A stretch of DNA of 58,053 bases from Bacillota bacterium (GCA_012521465.1 JAAYMI010000011.1:1-58053), one strand, 5' to 3'. Shown: positions 9,111-18,661, numbered from the stretch's first letter. Notes: generated from the letters alone by a model not told the origin. A program made the numbers and translations.

Positions 9111-10005
9111 AATGCACCCACCTCTTTTGCAGTCTAAACTGTACTATCGTTACTCCCAGGATAATCACAAACAGTACGAGCGAGATCGCCGCCGCGTAAC
9201 CTTTGTCCATGTTTACAAACGCCTGACGGTAGAAGTAAAACACGACGCTCTGGGTGTGGCGGATTACCGGACTGTTGATTCCAATCATGGTGAAGATCAG
9301 CTCGAAAACCTGGAACGATGAAATAAGCGAGGTCACTGTCACAAAGAAAATAGTCGGGCTCAGCATTGGCAGGGTGATCCGAAAGAACTGCACAAAGGAA
9401 TTGGCCCCGTCAATTTCCGCCGCCTCATAGTACTGCTTAGAAATACCCTGCAGGCCGGAAAGGAAGATCACCATGTTATACCCAATCGAACTCCAAATAG
9501 ATACGATAATTAACGATATCATTGCGTAATTCGGGTCAGTCAGCCACCGCGGCCCCGCGATGCCCACGGTACTAAGAATGTGATTCAAAAGACCAAAATC
9601 AGCGTTGTAGAGCCAGCGCCAAACCATGGCCACGGCCACCGGCATCGTGACCACCGGCAGAAAGTACAGCGTGCGATAGGTGGACATGCCCCGAATTTTC
9701 GTATTGAGCAATACCGCTACTATAATCGATAGAGCAATCCCGAAGGGCACCGAACCGACAGTGAAAACGATGGTATTCCGCAGCGCCTGCCACAAAACGC
9801 TATCTCCGAGCATGCGTTCGAAGTTTACGGTCCCACCCCAATCGTACGAGCCAAATGCCCCCCACTCTGTGAAGCTGAGGTAAAACGACTGAATAAGGGG
9901 CCAGATGCTGAAGATGAGTGTTCCAGCCACGGTGGGGAGAATCATGAAATAGGCCCAAAACCAGTCCTGAAGCTTTTTCTTATTGATTCCGCTCACATCG
10001 TCCAC
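9103..10005 (-). CDS. CUT1 carbohydrate ABC transporter permease (MalF-like)
   Basis: ORF 9103..10005. EAA loop YYEAAEIDGANSFVQFFRITLPML. Overlaps the next permease by 8 nt. Start is GTG at 10005 or at 9996. Confidence 0.85.
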   Translation of the reverse strand: MDDVSGINKKKLQDWFWAYFMILPTVAGTLIFSIWPLIQSFYLSFTEWGAFGSYDWGGTVNFERMLGDSVLWQALRNTIVFTVGSVPFGIALSIIVAVLLNTKIRGMSTYRTLYFLPVVTMPVAVAMVWRWLYNADFGLLNHILSTVGIAGPRWLTDPNYAMISLIIVSIWSSIGYNMVIFLSGLQGISKQYYEAAEIDGANSFVQFFRITLPMLSPTIFFVTVTSLISSFQVFELIFTMIGINSPVIRHTQSVVFYFYRQAFVNMDKGYAAAISLVLFVIILGVTIVQFRLQKRWVHYE

Positions 10006-10044
10006 ACCCTTCCGACGAACTCCCCCAGCAAACGAGGTTTGGAT

Positions 10045-10071
10045 GGGGCCTCCCCAAGGAGGGGAGGCCTC
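10045..10071 (-). promoter_or_regulatory. intercistronic GC-rich stem-loop just downstream of the binding-protein gene
   Basis: GGCCTCCCC (10047-10055) pairs perfectly with GGGGAGGCC (10061-10069), with a 5-nt loop. No T-tract follows. Lies between the SBP stop (10078) and the first permease start. Confidence 0.55.
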
Positions 10072-10077
10072 TGATCA

Positions 10078-11325
10078 TTACCGTCTTTCTGAATCAAGTA
10101 CTTCTTGCACCTGGCGCTGTGCTTCCTGGGCAGCTTCTTCGATGGAGATCTCTCCGGCCCAGGCCGGTGTCAGGCAGTCGGTTAGGAGCTGCTGCCAGTG
10201 TCTTGCCCGTACCGATACGGGATAGGGCACTGCCCACTCGATTTGATCCAAGAAGATCTGCAAGTTGAACTGCGGAATGGATTTTACCCATGTATCCTGC
10301 AGAGCCATGTAGGAAGGAATAACGGTTCCTGTTGCAGCTTGGATTTCCATTGCTTCCCTGGATCCGAGGAACTCAACAAACTTCCATGCCTCTTCGCGGT
10401 GCTTGGTGTTAGCAGCAATGACATTGCCAAGGCCGTGGATAATGACAGCCCGCTGCTTACCCTTGGGCAGAACAGTTACGTCTACCCGATCCTTCGTGTA
10501 CTCATTGGCGTTAAAGCGTACGGCGTTCCAGGAGCCGGTGAAGTACATGGCAGCCCGGCCAGATTCGAACAAGGAGATCGGCTCGGTATCGGTCATCTGC
10601 GCCATGCTGGGGGACGCCTTGTCGACGTTGATCAAATCGGTCCAGAACTTCAGTCCTTCGATTGCTTCAGGCTCAGCAAGCCCAGCCTTGGTCCGATCCT
10701 CGTTCACAACATAGCCGCCTGCTTGATAGATGGTGTTGCCGAAGCCGCTCTGCAGGCTGAGTTCTGCAGCAAAGCCCCAAACCTGGTTTTCTTCATCGGT
10801 CAAAGCGATTGCTGCTTCGCGGAAATCATCCCAGGTCCAGTCCGCATTGGGATACGGAATACCAGCTGCGTCAAAGAGTTCCTTGTTATACCACAGCCCG
10901 ATGGTGTCCATATCCTTCGGGATCGCGTACTGCTTGCCGCGATAGTTGTAAATTGCAGCCAGCGCTGGTGGATAGTCATCCAGACTGATCAGGTCGCTCT
11001 TAGCGAGCCAGTCATCCAGGGGCACGAGCATGTTGTTGCTTGCGTACAGCTCGAAGTTCGTAGCATTCAGCCAGAACACATCTGGGAGGTTGCGACCAGT
11101 GGCCGCGGTCTCCAGGTTGGTCCAGTACTGACTCCACGGAATCACTTCGATTTCGATCTTAATACCAGGATTCTTTGCTTCAAAGGCCCTAGCAATGGCT
11201 TCCATCGCCGGAGCTTGGTTCAGGTCCCAGAAACGGTAGCTCAGTGTTACTTGGGCCTGAGCCAGAGCTGACAAACCGAGAGCAGCAACCAATGCTAATA
11301 CCAAGACAATACTAAATCTTTTCAT
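10078..11325 (-). CDS. CUT1 extracellular solute-binding protein
   Basis: ORF 10078..11325. Signal peptide MKRFSIVLVLALVAALGLSALAQA/Q with no cysteine. Family-1 SBP length and composition. GGGAGG lies 5 nt before the ATG. Confidence 0.85.
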   Translation of the reverse strand: MKRFSIVLVLALVAALGLSALAQAQVTLSYRFWDLNQAPAMEAIARAFEAKNPGIKIEIEVIPWSQYWTNLETAATGRNLPDVFWLNATNFELYASNNMLVPLDDWLAKSDLISLDDYPPALAAIYNYRGKQYAIPKDMDTIGLWYNKELFDAAGIPYPNADWTWDDFREAAIALTDEENQVWGFAAELSLQSGFGNTIYQAGGYVVNEDRTKAGLAEPEAIEGLKFWTDLINVDKASPSMAQMTDTEPISLFESGRAAMYFTGSWNAVRFNANEYTKDRVDVTVLPKGKQRAVIIHGLGNVIAANTKHREEAWKFVEFLGSREAMEIQAATGTVIPSYMALQDTWVKSIPQFNLQIFLDQIEWAVPYPVSVRARHWQQLLTDCLTPAWAGEISIEEAAQEAQRQVQEVLDSERR

Positions 11326-11408
11326 ATTATCCTCCCTTGTCTATTTTCTTGGTAGTGAAGAAAAGAAGTAAACCTTACCCCCCTTTCTTACCAGCTTGTT
11401 CCATACAT

Positions 11409-11421
11409 GTCATAACATCAT
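11409..11421 (-). promoter_or_regulatory. copy 1 of the shared 13-nt motif GTCATAACATCAT (operator or promoter-element candidate)
   Basis: Identical 13-mer at 17524-17536, and a 10-nt core ATAACATCAT also at 19455-19464. All three sit upstream of minus-strand starts (11325, 17465, 19428). Overlaps the imperfect palindrome TGTCATAACA (11408-11417). Confidence 0.4.
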
Positions 11422-11495
11422 GATAAGTTTTGTGTTCGACGCATATTTGCAATATCCTGCCTTTATCCGCTGAAATTTCAACAATAATCTTATAT

Positions 11496-12707
11496 CTAGC
11501 CCCGTTTGTTAGCACCAGAAGCGGAATAGGCAATAAGCAGTCCCGCTGCGGCAGAGATCAGAGCCGAAACGAGGAACACAACTCGGATGCCAAAGTGCTC
11601 TCCTACCATCCCCGCAAGCAGAGGGGCCAGGAGCCTAGCGGCACTTAAAACCGTAACCTGCCAACCCATCACGGTGCCCAAGAATCTGCTTGGGACCTGG
11701 CGGGTGATCACGGCAATGATCACCACTTCCGTGATCGTCATCCCGATCGCATGGAGCGGCATGATCGCGTACAGGAAAGGAATCCCCCGTACAATCGACA
11801 TGAGCAGCCAGCGAAGTCCAGCGAGAAGCATCCCACCGGCCACCAAAGCAGTACTCGAAGCCCTGTCGGCAACGATTCCCAATGCAAGCATGAGAGGTAT
11901 CTCGGGCCAAGACTGCACCGACGAGAGCATCCCGAACTGCTGGTTCGTGACCTGCATCTCCTGCCGCAGGAAGATATAGTTTAGATGTGTGCCCATCGTC
12001 TGAGCCAGTGTGAAGATACCCAGCGCCGCCAGAATAACTTTCAGCTGCAGCGGCCACTGAAAATGACCTGAAGTATCCTGGACTTCTCTCACTACGGCAG
12101 CCGGTTCACTCGCGACATCCCTGGTCAGGAGAACTGTCAGGAGGAGAGCAAGGGCCACCATCCCAGCACCCAGGTAAAAGGTGGCCTCCACCCCCCACCG
12201 ATCGAGGGATGTGCCCATAAAGGCTGTAGCCAGGACCCAGCCCACCGAGAACGAGATCCGGTAAAAGCCGTGCATGCGCCCCAGCTGCTCCTTGACTCCA
12301 AAGCGCGTCACCCAGTTGGCAGCCGTGGCATTGAACAAACTGGTCGCCAGCTGATTCACAGCCAAGAGGACCACGAACAAGACGAGGCTCTGCGCATGGG
12401 GAAAGATGACCGTTACAGGGATACTCAAGAGTAGGGCTCCGGCTAGAATTGGCTTGCGCTTGTCCAGCCTGTCCGACAGCTTGCCAATGGAGACCTGGCT
12501 GCTGATGGACAAGAAAGTCGCCAGGCCCTGGATCAGCCCGAACTGCTGGAGCGTAAACCCTTGGTCGGTAATGAGAACCGAAAACTGGGGATACGCCAAA
12601 CCAAAGCCCGCGTATGCGAGCATGCCCACAAGCCACAAAACCACAAACTGGCCTGCATATTGTCTCTGCAGGCCAGAGACTTTAAGAGCCTTTCCTACTG
12701 CGTCCAT
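11496..12707 (-). CDS. MFS transporter
   Basis: ORF 11496..12707. About 12 hydrophobic segments; GKLSDRLDKRKP loop between TM2 and TM3. AGGAG lies 6 nt before ATG 12707. Confidence 0.8.
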   Translation of the reverse strand: MDAVGKALKVSGLQRQYAGQFVVLWLVGMLAYAGFGLAYPQFSVLITDQGFTLQQFGLIQGLATFLSISSQVSIGKLSDRLDKRKPILAGALLLSIPVTVIFPHAQSLVLFVVLLAVNQLATSLFNATAANWVTRFGVKEQLGRMHGFYRISFSVGWVLATAFMGTSLDRWGVEATFYLGAGMVALALLLTVLLTRDVASEPAAVVREVQDTSGHFQWPLQLKVILAALGIFTLAQTMGTHLNYIFLRQEMQVTNQQFGMLSSVQSWPEIPLMLALGIVADRASSTALVAGGMLLAGLRWLLMSIVRGIPFLYAIMPLHAIGMTITEVVIIAVITRQVPSRFLGTVMGWQVTVLSAARLLAPLLAGMVGEHFGIRVVFLVSALISAAAGLLIAYSASGANKRG

Positions 12708-12716
12708 GTGTTTCTC

Positions 12717-13757
12717 CTAGATTTTCAAGATCCGCTTTGCATTCTTGTTGTAAACCTTCTCCAAGATCTCATCTTCCAGGCCGATGCCGTAGATGTTCCA
12801 GCGGCCTTGACCGGGAATGGGTGCGCGGGTGTAAGGGAAATACTCGTTCCAGGTTTCCAAGAACTCATAGTACAGCGTGCGATCGTAGTAGCCCGGCCCG
12901 TAGTCGGTACCGAAGAGAATCCTGTCTTGGAACTCAGTGAAGAACCGGCGCGATGTGTAGGGCTGCCTGCCAAACTCCGCCAGCCGGGCGGCAATGTCGA
13001 TGTGCATGTTGGGGTAGCGCCTCAACCACGCGGCCACCTGGCTTAAGTTCTCAGAATACGAACCTCCGTGGGCAACCACAAACGTGGTATTCGGATTGCT
13101 GGCAATGAGGTTCTCCTGCTGCTCCATTAACTCCTCAAATGTGAACAGTTCAGGGGCACAGAACGACCAATCTGGATGCTTGAGCAGATTCTCGTAGCGC
13201 TCGTTATACTGGTCAATGGGCCTAAAGAACGCCACTGGATCAGCAATGTGGATTAGGATGGGCAGATCAAGGTCCGCGGCGGCCTGCCAGATCGGCTGGA
13301 GCCGCTTGTCATCGATGGGAACGTACTTACCATCTTTATCCTTCATCCCCAGGCTGATGTTCTTCCACATCTTCAGCCCGCGCACTCCTTTGGCCTTGGA
13401 CTCGCTTACGGTCTTCCACACGGAGCGCTCGAAGTCCGGTTCATCTAAGCGGCTGACATCCACGGAACCAAAGACCACGAAGAAGTCGAGGCACGGTTCG
13501 AGTTTGCGGAAGACGCGGTCCAGCTCAGCATCCCACGCCACCTCCAAGGTTACAACCTTCTCCAGACCCAGCTCCCTCAGTTTTGCGACTTCAGCCTCGG
13601 TATCGTACTTGGTGTCGAAGTCCGGACCGTTGGTCAGGGGCCCAAAGTGTGTATGGGCATCGATTACTGGGAACTTGGGCTGTGTTACAGTCTGCCGTTC
13701 CACAACAAGTTCGCTTCTGGGCATATACTCCGTGAGGAGAAGCGGCGTAGACGACAT
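12717..13757 (-). CDS. amidohydrolase-2 (PF04909-type) family metal hydrolase, paralog A
   Basis: ORF 12717..13757. FPVIDAHTHFG metal motif, IHIADPVAFFRP, AHGGSYSENL, ILFGTDYGPG. Its start ATG directly abuts the stop of paralog B (TAAATG). Confidence 0.75.
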   Translation of the reverse strand: MSSTPLLLTEYMPRSELVVERQTVTQPKFPVIDAHTHFGPLTNGPDFDTKYDTEAEVAKLRELGLEKVVTLEVAWDAELDRVFRKLEPCLDFFVVFGSVDVSRLDEPDFERSVWKTVSESKAKGVRGLKMWKNISLGMKDKDGKYVPIDDKRLQPIWQAAADLDLPILIHIADPVAFFRPIDQYNERYENLLKHPDWSFCAPELFTFEELMEQQENLIASNPNTTFVVAHGGSYSENLSQVAAWLRRYPNMHIDIAARLAEFGRQPYTSRRFFTEFQDRILFGTDYGPGYYDRTLYYEFLETWNEYFPYTRAPIPGQGRWNIYGIGLEDEILEKVYNKNAKRILKI

Positions 13758-14810
13758 TTATTTCACCTCAAGGCCGAGAATGCGGGCTGCATTTTTGTAG
13801 TAGATCTTCTCTAATGCTTCGTCATCCAGATGGATGCCATAGATCTTCCAGCGTCCTTGGCCGGGGATCTCTCCGCTGCCGTAGTCGAAGTACTCGTTCC
13901 AGGTTTCAAAGAACTCGTAGTAGCGGAGATGCTCATACCACCCAGGCCCGCAGTCCGTTCCGAAGAGAATGCGATCTTGGTATTTTGTAAAGAATTTGCG
14001 AGAGGTATAAGGCTGCCGTCCAAATTCGGCCAGCCGTGCTGCGATGTCGATGTACATGTTCGGGTACTTATCGAGGCACTGGCCGACCCAGCCGAGATTC
14101 TCGCTGTACGACCCACCGTGAGCAATGATGAACGTGGTATCAGGATTCTGGGCAACCATGCTCTCCTGCTGCTCCATGAGTTCTTCAAAGGTAAAGAGGC
14201 CAGGCTTGCAGAACGACCAGTCAGGGTGACCCTGCAGCTCTTCCCAGCGCTCGTTGTACTGGTCGACGGGCCTAAAGAACGCTACCGGATCAGCAATGTG
14301 GATCACGATGGGCAGATCGAGCTCAGCAGACCAATCCCAAATGGGCTTCAGGCGCTTGTCATCAATGGGAATATACTTGCCTGCTTTATCCTTCATGCCC
14401 AAGCTGATGTTCTTCCAGAGCTTGAGTCCCCGGATGCCGGTCTTTTTGTAATTCTTAAGGGTTTCCTCCACGTGGTCCGCAAAGTCCGGCTCATCCAAGC
14501 GCAAGATGTCCACAGAACCAAAGGTGAGGATAAAGTCATCATAGGGTTTAATCTTGTTTACAACCCGTTCCAGCTCCGCACCCCACAAAGTTTCCAGGTT
14601 GGTGATATACACCACACCCAGGCTCTTCAGCTTTTCTACCTCTTTCTTCGGGTCAAAGCGCTTCTCATAGTCTGGACCCAGAGTGAGGGGACCAAAGTGG
14701 GCGTGAATGTCGATGACCGGGAACTTCGGACCCGTAATCTCTTCGCGCTCCACCACGAGCTCACTTCTGGGTTTATACTCGGTAAGCAGCAAGCCGTTCT
14801 CCTTTGCCAT
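13758..14810 (-). CDS. amidohydrolase-2 (PF04909-type) family metal hydrolase, paralog B
   Basis: ORF 13758..14819. FPVIDIHAHFG, IHIADPVAFFRP, AHGGSYSENL, ILFGTDCGPG. ATG 14810 (MAKENG...) with GAGGTGG 5 nt upstream is preferred over GTG 14819. Confidence 0.75.
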   Translation of the reverse strand: MAKENGLLLTEYKPRSELVVEREEITGPKFPVIDIHAHFGPLTLGPDYEKRFDPKKEVEKLKSLGVVYITNLETLWGAELERVVNKIKPYDDFILTFGSVDILRLDEPDFADHVEETLKNYKKTGIRGLKLWKNISLGMKDKAGKYIPIDDKRLKPIWDWSAELDLPIVIHIADPVAFFRPVDQYNERWEELQGHPDWSFCKPGLFTFEELMEQQESMVAQNPDTTFIIAHGGSYSENLGWVGQCLDKYPNMYIDIAARLAEFGRQPYTSRKFFTKYQDRILFGTDCGPGWYEHLRYYEFFETWNEYFDYGSGEIPGQGRWKIYGIHLDDEALEKIYYKNAARILGLEVK

Positions 14811-14827
14811 TTGTACCACCTCTTTAG

Positions 14828-16141
14828 TTAGTCTCGCGGTCGTGTTGCAAAACCGTATTTCTCATAAACCTCGACAATCCGGTCTTTGATCAAGGCCTCC
14901 GCCCGTTTTGGAAGCTCTCCTGCCCTTACTTTACGGTATTGTCTTGGGAGATACTGACTGAGCAGACTGAGGGGAACATCGACCTCGTTTAGGTTGTTCA
15001 ACAGTCGTCTTACCGCCGCGGCTGCCTTTGGATTGGCCCAGTAGTACCTGATGCGGTCGGACAAGCTGTATATACGGGCAAACTTCAGCTCGGCAGCATT
15101 TCCCTTGTAGTAGGGGGCCCAGTTCTTCGGTTCGGCAAGCATGAGCGCTTCCATCGTCTCCTGCAGGTTCGACAATTCTGCCCCTGCTAGTGCTGGAATC
15201 TGACGCTCAATGTGCTCCAACAGGAACAGCGCTTCCCGGAACACGAAGGTCAGTTCTGGCCCTACCTTGAGAATCGCTACACCGTCTTCCACCATCTGCC
15301 TGAGGGCTTCAGGCTGCTGATAATCCGTCGAATGGCCTTCAAATACCAAATCCGGATACTGATCAAGTGCTCTGCTCAATTCGTGGGCTGCTGCCCGGTC
15401 GTACTCTGCGATGAAGTGGTCGCCAAACTCAACACCAGGCTGCACCACAACACCCACGACTCTACCCCAGGCTTCACCTAAACCGTGCCTAGCGAATGTT
15501 TCCTGTGTAACACTGACAGTCCCGTGGAAGTCCGCAGGTTTGGTAACGCTCAGTCCCTCATCTTCACCTACGGTACCACCTGGTACGGGCACCTCAGTGC
15601 CGATGACATAGACAGGTGGTTCTGCGCCAGAGTGCTCTGTGAGCCGCTCCTGGTAGCCTTCTTCGGCTGCTCGGCAGAGCTCAGCGGTGCGCTCGGCGAT
15701 CAGCCCAGGATCGAGTGGGGCATTGGGATCGCCATCGTCCCCAAGATGCATGCTGGCATCTATGTGGATTTTCGTAAACCCTGCCTTGACGTACCCTTTC
15801 ACCAAGACTCTGGCCTTGGCCATGGCGGACTCTGCCGGCTCCCCTTTCCAGGGGTTCGGTCCTAAGTGATCCCCACCCAGGATAACCTTCGCCATGGGAA
15901 AATCCACCTTCGCGGCTAGCGTTTCTACCAACCTCACGAAATCAGCTGGAGCCAAGCCTGTGTACCCGCCGAACTGATTCACCTGGTTGCACGTGGCTTC
16001 CACCAAGACAGCCAGATCGTTCTGCTTCCCGTACTCCAGCAGCGCCTCAATGACAAATTCGTTAGCACTGCATACGGAAAAAATCCCCTGAGGATGCCCG
16101 GCTTTATGCCTTCTCACCAATTCCTGCAAGTAATGAGCCAA
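14828..16141 (-). CDS. GatZ/KbaZ-family protein (tagatose-bisphosphate aldolase accessory subunit / tagatose-6-P 4-epimerase family)
   Basis: ORF 14828..16141. Near-colinear with E. coli GatZ: RHKAG..GI.SVCSA, EATCNQVNQFGGYTG, ILGGDHLGPN, YVIGTEVPVPGG, HSTDYQ, YSLSDRIRYYW. TTG start with GGAGGG 6 nt upstream. Confidence 0.85.
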   Translation of the reverse strand: MAHYLQELVRRHKAGHPQGIFSVCSANEFVIEALLEYGKQNDLAVLVEATCNQVNQFGGYTGLAPADFVRLVETLAAKVDFPMAKVILGGDHLGPNPWKGEPAESAMAKARVLVKGYVKAGFTKIHIDASMHLGDDGDPNAPLDPGLIAERTAELCRAAEEGYQERLTEHSGAEPPVYVIGTEVPVPGGTVGEDEGLSVTKPADFHGTVSVTQETFARHGLGEAWGRVVGVVVQPGVEFGDHFIAEYDRAAAHELSRALDQYPDLVFEGHSTDYQQPEALRQMVEDGVAILKVGPELTFVFREALFLLEHIERQIPALAGAELSNLQETMEALMLAEPKNWAPYYKGNAAELKFARIYSLSDRIRYYWANPKAAAAVRRLLNNLNEVDVPLSLLSQYLPRQYRKVRAGELPKRAEALIKDRIVEVYEKYGFATRPRD

Positions 16142-16163
16142 TTTCTGCCCTCCTGAACTTACC

Positions 16164-17465
16164 TTAATTCAACTCAGCGATATACTCCTTTTCCGCTTCA
16201 TAGAGCTCATCGAACATCGCCTTGATTTCGTCCAGCGAGCAGACGGCAGCTGTGAGCGGATCCATCATCAGCGCACGCATCGCCATCTCCCGATCTTTCT
16301 GCAGCACTGCCTCTACTGCCAGCTCAAAGAAGGCCATGTTACTTCTGTTGAGGGCAGCGAGGTGCTCAGGCAGGCGTCCATAATAGCAGGGATTGATCCC
16401 GTTGCGGTTAATCATGCACGCCACTTCTACGATGCCATCCTGGGGTAGGTTCTCGATTAACCCTGTGTTCTTGACGTTGCCGTAGATCACGTTCGGCACG
16501 TTCTTGACCATTGCTTCGATGATCACTGCGGCGTACTCGTGGCTTTTCTCCAGATTAAGCTCTTTTTCGCCCGAAATGAGCGCCTGGATCTCCCGATCAG
16601 TGTTTGCCCGCCACGTTGGCCACTCGTTGGCGTAAAAGCCAGTCGCGCCGTTGTAGCCTACGCTGCAGTGTTTATCAATGAGGTCTTGGCGCTTGCGGTA
16701 GTATGGAATGTACTCGGAGAAGTGTCCGCTGGATTCCGTGACAAAAGCACCCAAGTACAGCATCGCATCAAGACGCACCGGGTCCAGTGCCAGGAACTCT
16801 GGATCTTTTGCCTTTTCTCTGAGTACTGGATACATATCCTTGCCGTTGTGCTCCAAAGTAGTGAACCACGCCATGTGGTTAATCCCCGCACATTCCCACT
16901 TCAGTTCTTCATAAGGAACCCCGAGCATTTCCGCGAGTTTCTGGCTGGTTCCCTGCACCGAATGGCACAATCCTACGATCGGAATATCAGTGATCCTGGT
17001 AGTGGCCAAGGTCACAGCCGACATGGGGTTGGTGTAGTTGAGAATTGTGGTATTGGGTGCCAGTTCCTCAATATCCCGGACAATGTCGATCCAGGCAGGC
17101 AGGGTCCTTAAGGTCTTAAACAGTCCACCTGGGCCCAAAGTATCGCCGATGCACTGCTTTACCCCGTATTTCAGCGGGATTTCAAACTCAAGCTTTACAG
17201 TTTTTAGGCCGTGTACCTCAATCTGGTTAATCACAAAATCTGCATCCGCGAGTACCTCTCTGCGGTCTGTGGAGGAGCGGACTTTCCAATTCTTCTTGCC
17301 CAGCCTCTCGATGACCATTTCCACCAGCTTGTGGGCCAGCTCCAAGCGCTTGGGATCGATATCCACTAGGGCAAATTCCCCTTCATCGAACCCCTCGATG
17401 TTCAGAATGTCCACAGTCAAATGCCGCGTAAACATACTGCCCGCACCAATAATGGCAATCTTCAT
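16164..17465 (-). CDS. melA: glycoside hydrolase family 4, MelA-like alpha-galactosidase (NAD+/Mn2+ dependent)
   Basis: ORF 16164..17465. MKIAIIGAGS Rossmann start, GLCHSVQGT, CAGINHMAWF, FVTESSGHFSEY and LMMDPLTAAV parallel E. coli MelA. The substrate assignment is inferred only. Confidence 0.8.
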   Translation of the reverse strand: MKIAIIGAGSMFTRHLTVDILNIEGFDEGEFALVDIDPKRLELAHKLVEMVIERLGKKNWKVRSSTDRREVLADADFVINQIEVHGLKTVKLEFEIPLKYGVKQCIGDTLGPGGLFKTLRTLPAWIDIVRDIEELAPNTTILNYTNPMSAVTLATTRITDIPIVGLCHSVQGTSQKLAEMLGVPYEELKWECAGINHMAWFTTLEHNGKDMYPVLREKAKDPEFLALDPVRLDAMLYLGAFVTESSGHFSEYIPYYRKRQDLIDKHCSVGYNGATGFYANEWPTWRANTDREIQALISGEKELNLEKSHEYAAVIIEAMVKNVPNVIYGNVKNTGLIENLPQDGIVEVACMINRNGINPCYYGRLPEHLAALNRSNMAFFELAVEAVLQKDREMAMRALMMDPLTAAVCSLDEIKAMFDELYEAEKEYIAELN

Positions 17466-17523
17466 GTAAAGAACCTCCTCATTTCTGAAAACCAGCTGAC
17501 AACCCCTACCGTTTGTTACGTCG

Positions 17524-17536
17524 TCATAACATCATT
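17524..17536 (-). promoter_or_regulatory. copy 2 of the shared 13-nt motif GTCATAACATCAT
   Basis: Lies 59-71 nt upstream of the GH4 start at 17465. Flanked by TGTTAC...ATAACA inverted half-sites (17515-17532). Confidence 0.4.
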
Positions 17537-17575
17537 ACTGCGAATTCTGCACCCACCAGTGGATTCCTGCCATCC

Positions 17576-18619
17576 TTAACCATTATTTCCAAGATCGATC
17601 ATAGGTTCTAAACCATCGGGCAGATCGGGATTGAGACCCTTGTGGAGTGCTTTATAAAGCCCGACAGCCTGGGGTATAAAGATGAAGGGTATACCATTCA
17701 CCCCGTAGTTCTGATACCCGGGGAGTTCAACCTGCCAGTCGGCCCCCCAGCTGTGCCCAGCACCGCTGATAGTAACCACCCTGGCACCCCTCCGCTTAAG
17801 GTCTTTCACCAAGTCCCTCTGGAGCATCTCTTCCTCTGGGGACAGCGCGGCAATCACTAATGTCTTCTCATCAACTAAGACCATGGGCCCATGACGCACG
17901 TCCAACACATGGTGGTAGTTTGCTGGAATCTGGGGAATCTCGACAAATGCGATGGCAGCCTCTTTTGCTATCCCATCTAGTTCTGAATCTGCTAGCACGA
18001 CTGCTTTTTCCCAATCCGCCGCAGCCACTTCCTTCGCCAGTTCCGTGTAGTTTGCCATGTAATCTGGTCCCGCAGTGATGGCTGCATCAATTTCGGCCAG
18101 GAGTGATTCATCGTCTGCAAGAATGGCGATAAGCATTAAGTTAGCAGTATAAAGGTTCGTGACTGTGCGGGTTTGGCAGACGCTTTCGTCAAAGGCCCAT
18201 GGAATTTCTAAACTTAAGTCAGCCAGTTCGCCCAACGCTGCTCCTGCTTTGGCAGAAATGCCGATTACAGGCACTCCCAATGCCTTAGCTTTCTCCACCG
18301 CTAGCACCACTTCGCTGGTACCGCCTGAGCGCGACGGCGCGATGATCATGGTATCCTTTAAAAGACCCCTATAGTGCTCGAAGTTCACCAAGAGGTCGCC
18401 CCCTGCCAGGGCGTTGGCAGGCAGGTCGAGGCGCAGCTTAGTGGAAGTCTCAGCCGCTTGGCAGAGGCAGTAGCCGGATCCACAGCCCACGAAGGTTAGG
18501 CTGCGCGGCTGATGTTTCTGGTACACATCCCGGATGCGCTCAGCATTGGCCAGAAAGTAGTCGTATGTCTGGCGCAGCGCATCGTACTGACTGAAGATTT
18601 CCTTCTCGGTTAGATACAT
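17576..18619 (-). CDS. double-SIS-domain sugar-phosphate isomerase/deaminase-like protein (AgaS/FrlB/GlmS-C-terminal type)
   Basis: ORF 17576..18619. FVGCGSGY and APSRSGGTSE (SIS phosphosugar-binding motifs). 347 aa, the size of two SIS domains. Confidence 0.75.
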   Translation of the reverse strand: MYLTEKEIFSQYDALRQTYDYFLANAERIRDVYQKHQPRSLTFVGCGSGYCLCQAAETSTKLRLDLPANALAGGDLLVNFEHYRGLLKDTMIIAPSRSGGTSEVVLAVEKAKALGVPVIGISAKAGAALGELADLSLEIPWAFDESVCQTRTVTNLYTANLMLIAILADDESLLAEIDAAITAGPDYMANYTELAKEVAAADWEKAVVLADSELDGIAKEAAIAFVEIPQIPANYHHVLDVRHGPMVLVDEKTLVIAALSPEEEMLQRDLVKDLKRRGARVVTISGAGHSWGADWQVELPGYQNYGVNGIPFIFIPQAVGLYKALHKGLNPDLPDGLEPMIDLGNNG

Positions 18620-18641
18620 GCTTTCCGCCCTTCCTGTTATA

Positions 18642-18653
18642 TTGTCATGACAA
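18642..18653. promoter_or_regulatory. perfect 12-nt palindrome TTGTCATGACAA, 23 nt upstream of the SIS gene start
   Basis: Read directly. The half-site TGTCAT is related to TGTCATAACA (11408) and TGTTAT-A-ATAACA (19448). Shape is typical of a HutC/GntR-type operator. Confidence 0.45.
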
Positions 18654-18661
18654 GCATTGCT

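Noticed and set aside
10198-11271. Long antisense ORFs opposite well-supported genes (for example 10198..11271, 13830..14831, 24241..24966, 32016..32732, 34009..35001, 43592..44320, 55309..55902)
   Set aside because: Each lies fully inside a minus-strand gene with clear family motifs. Their translations are low-complexity or Arg/His/Gln-rich with no motifs. These are typical shadow frames of moderately GC-rich coding DNA.
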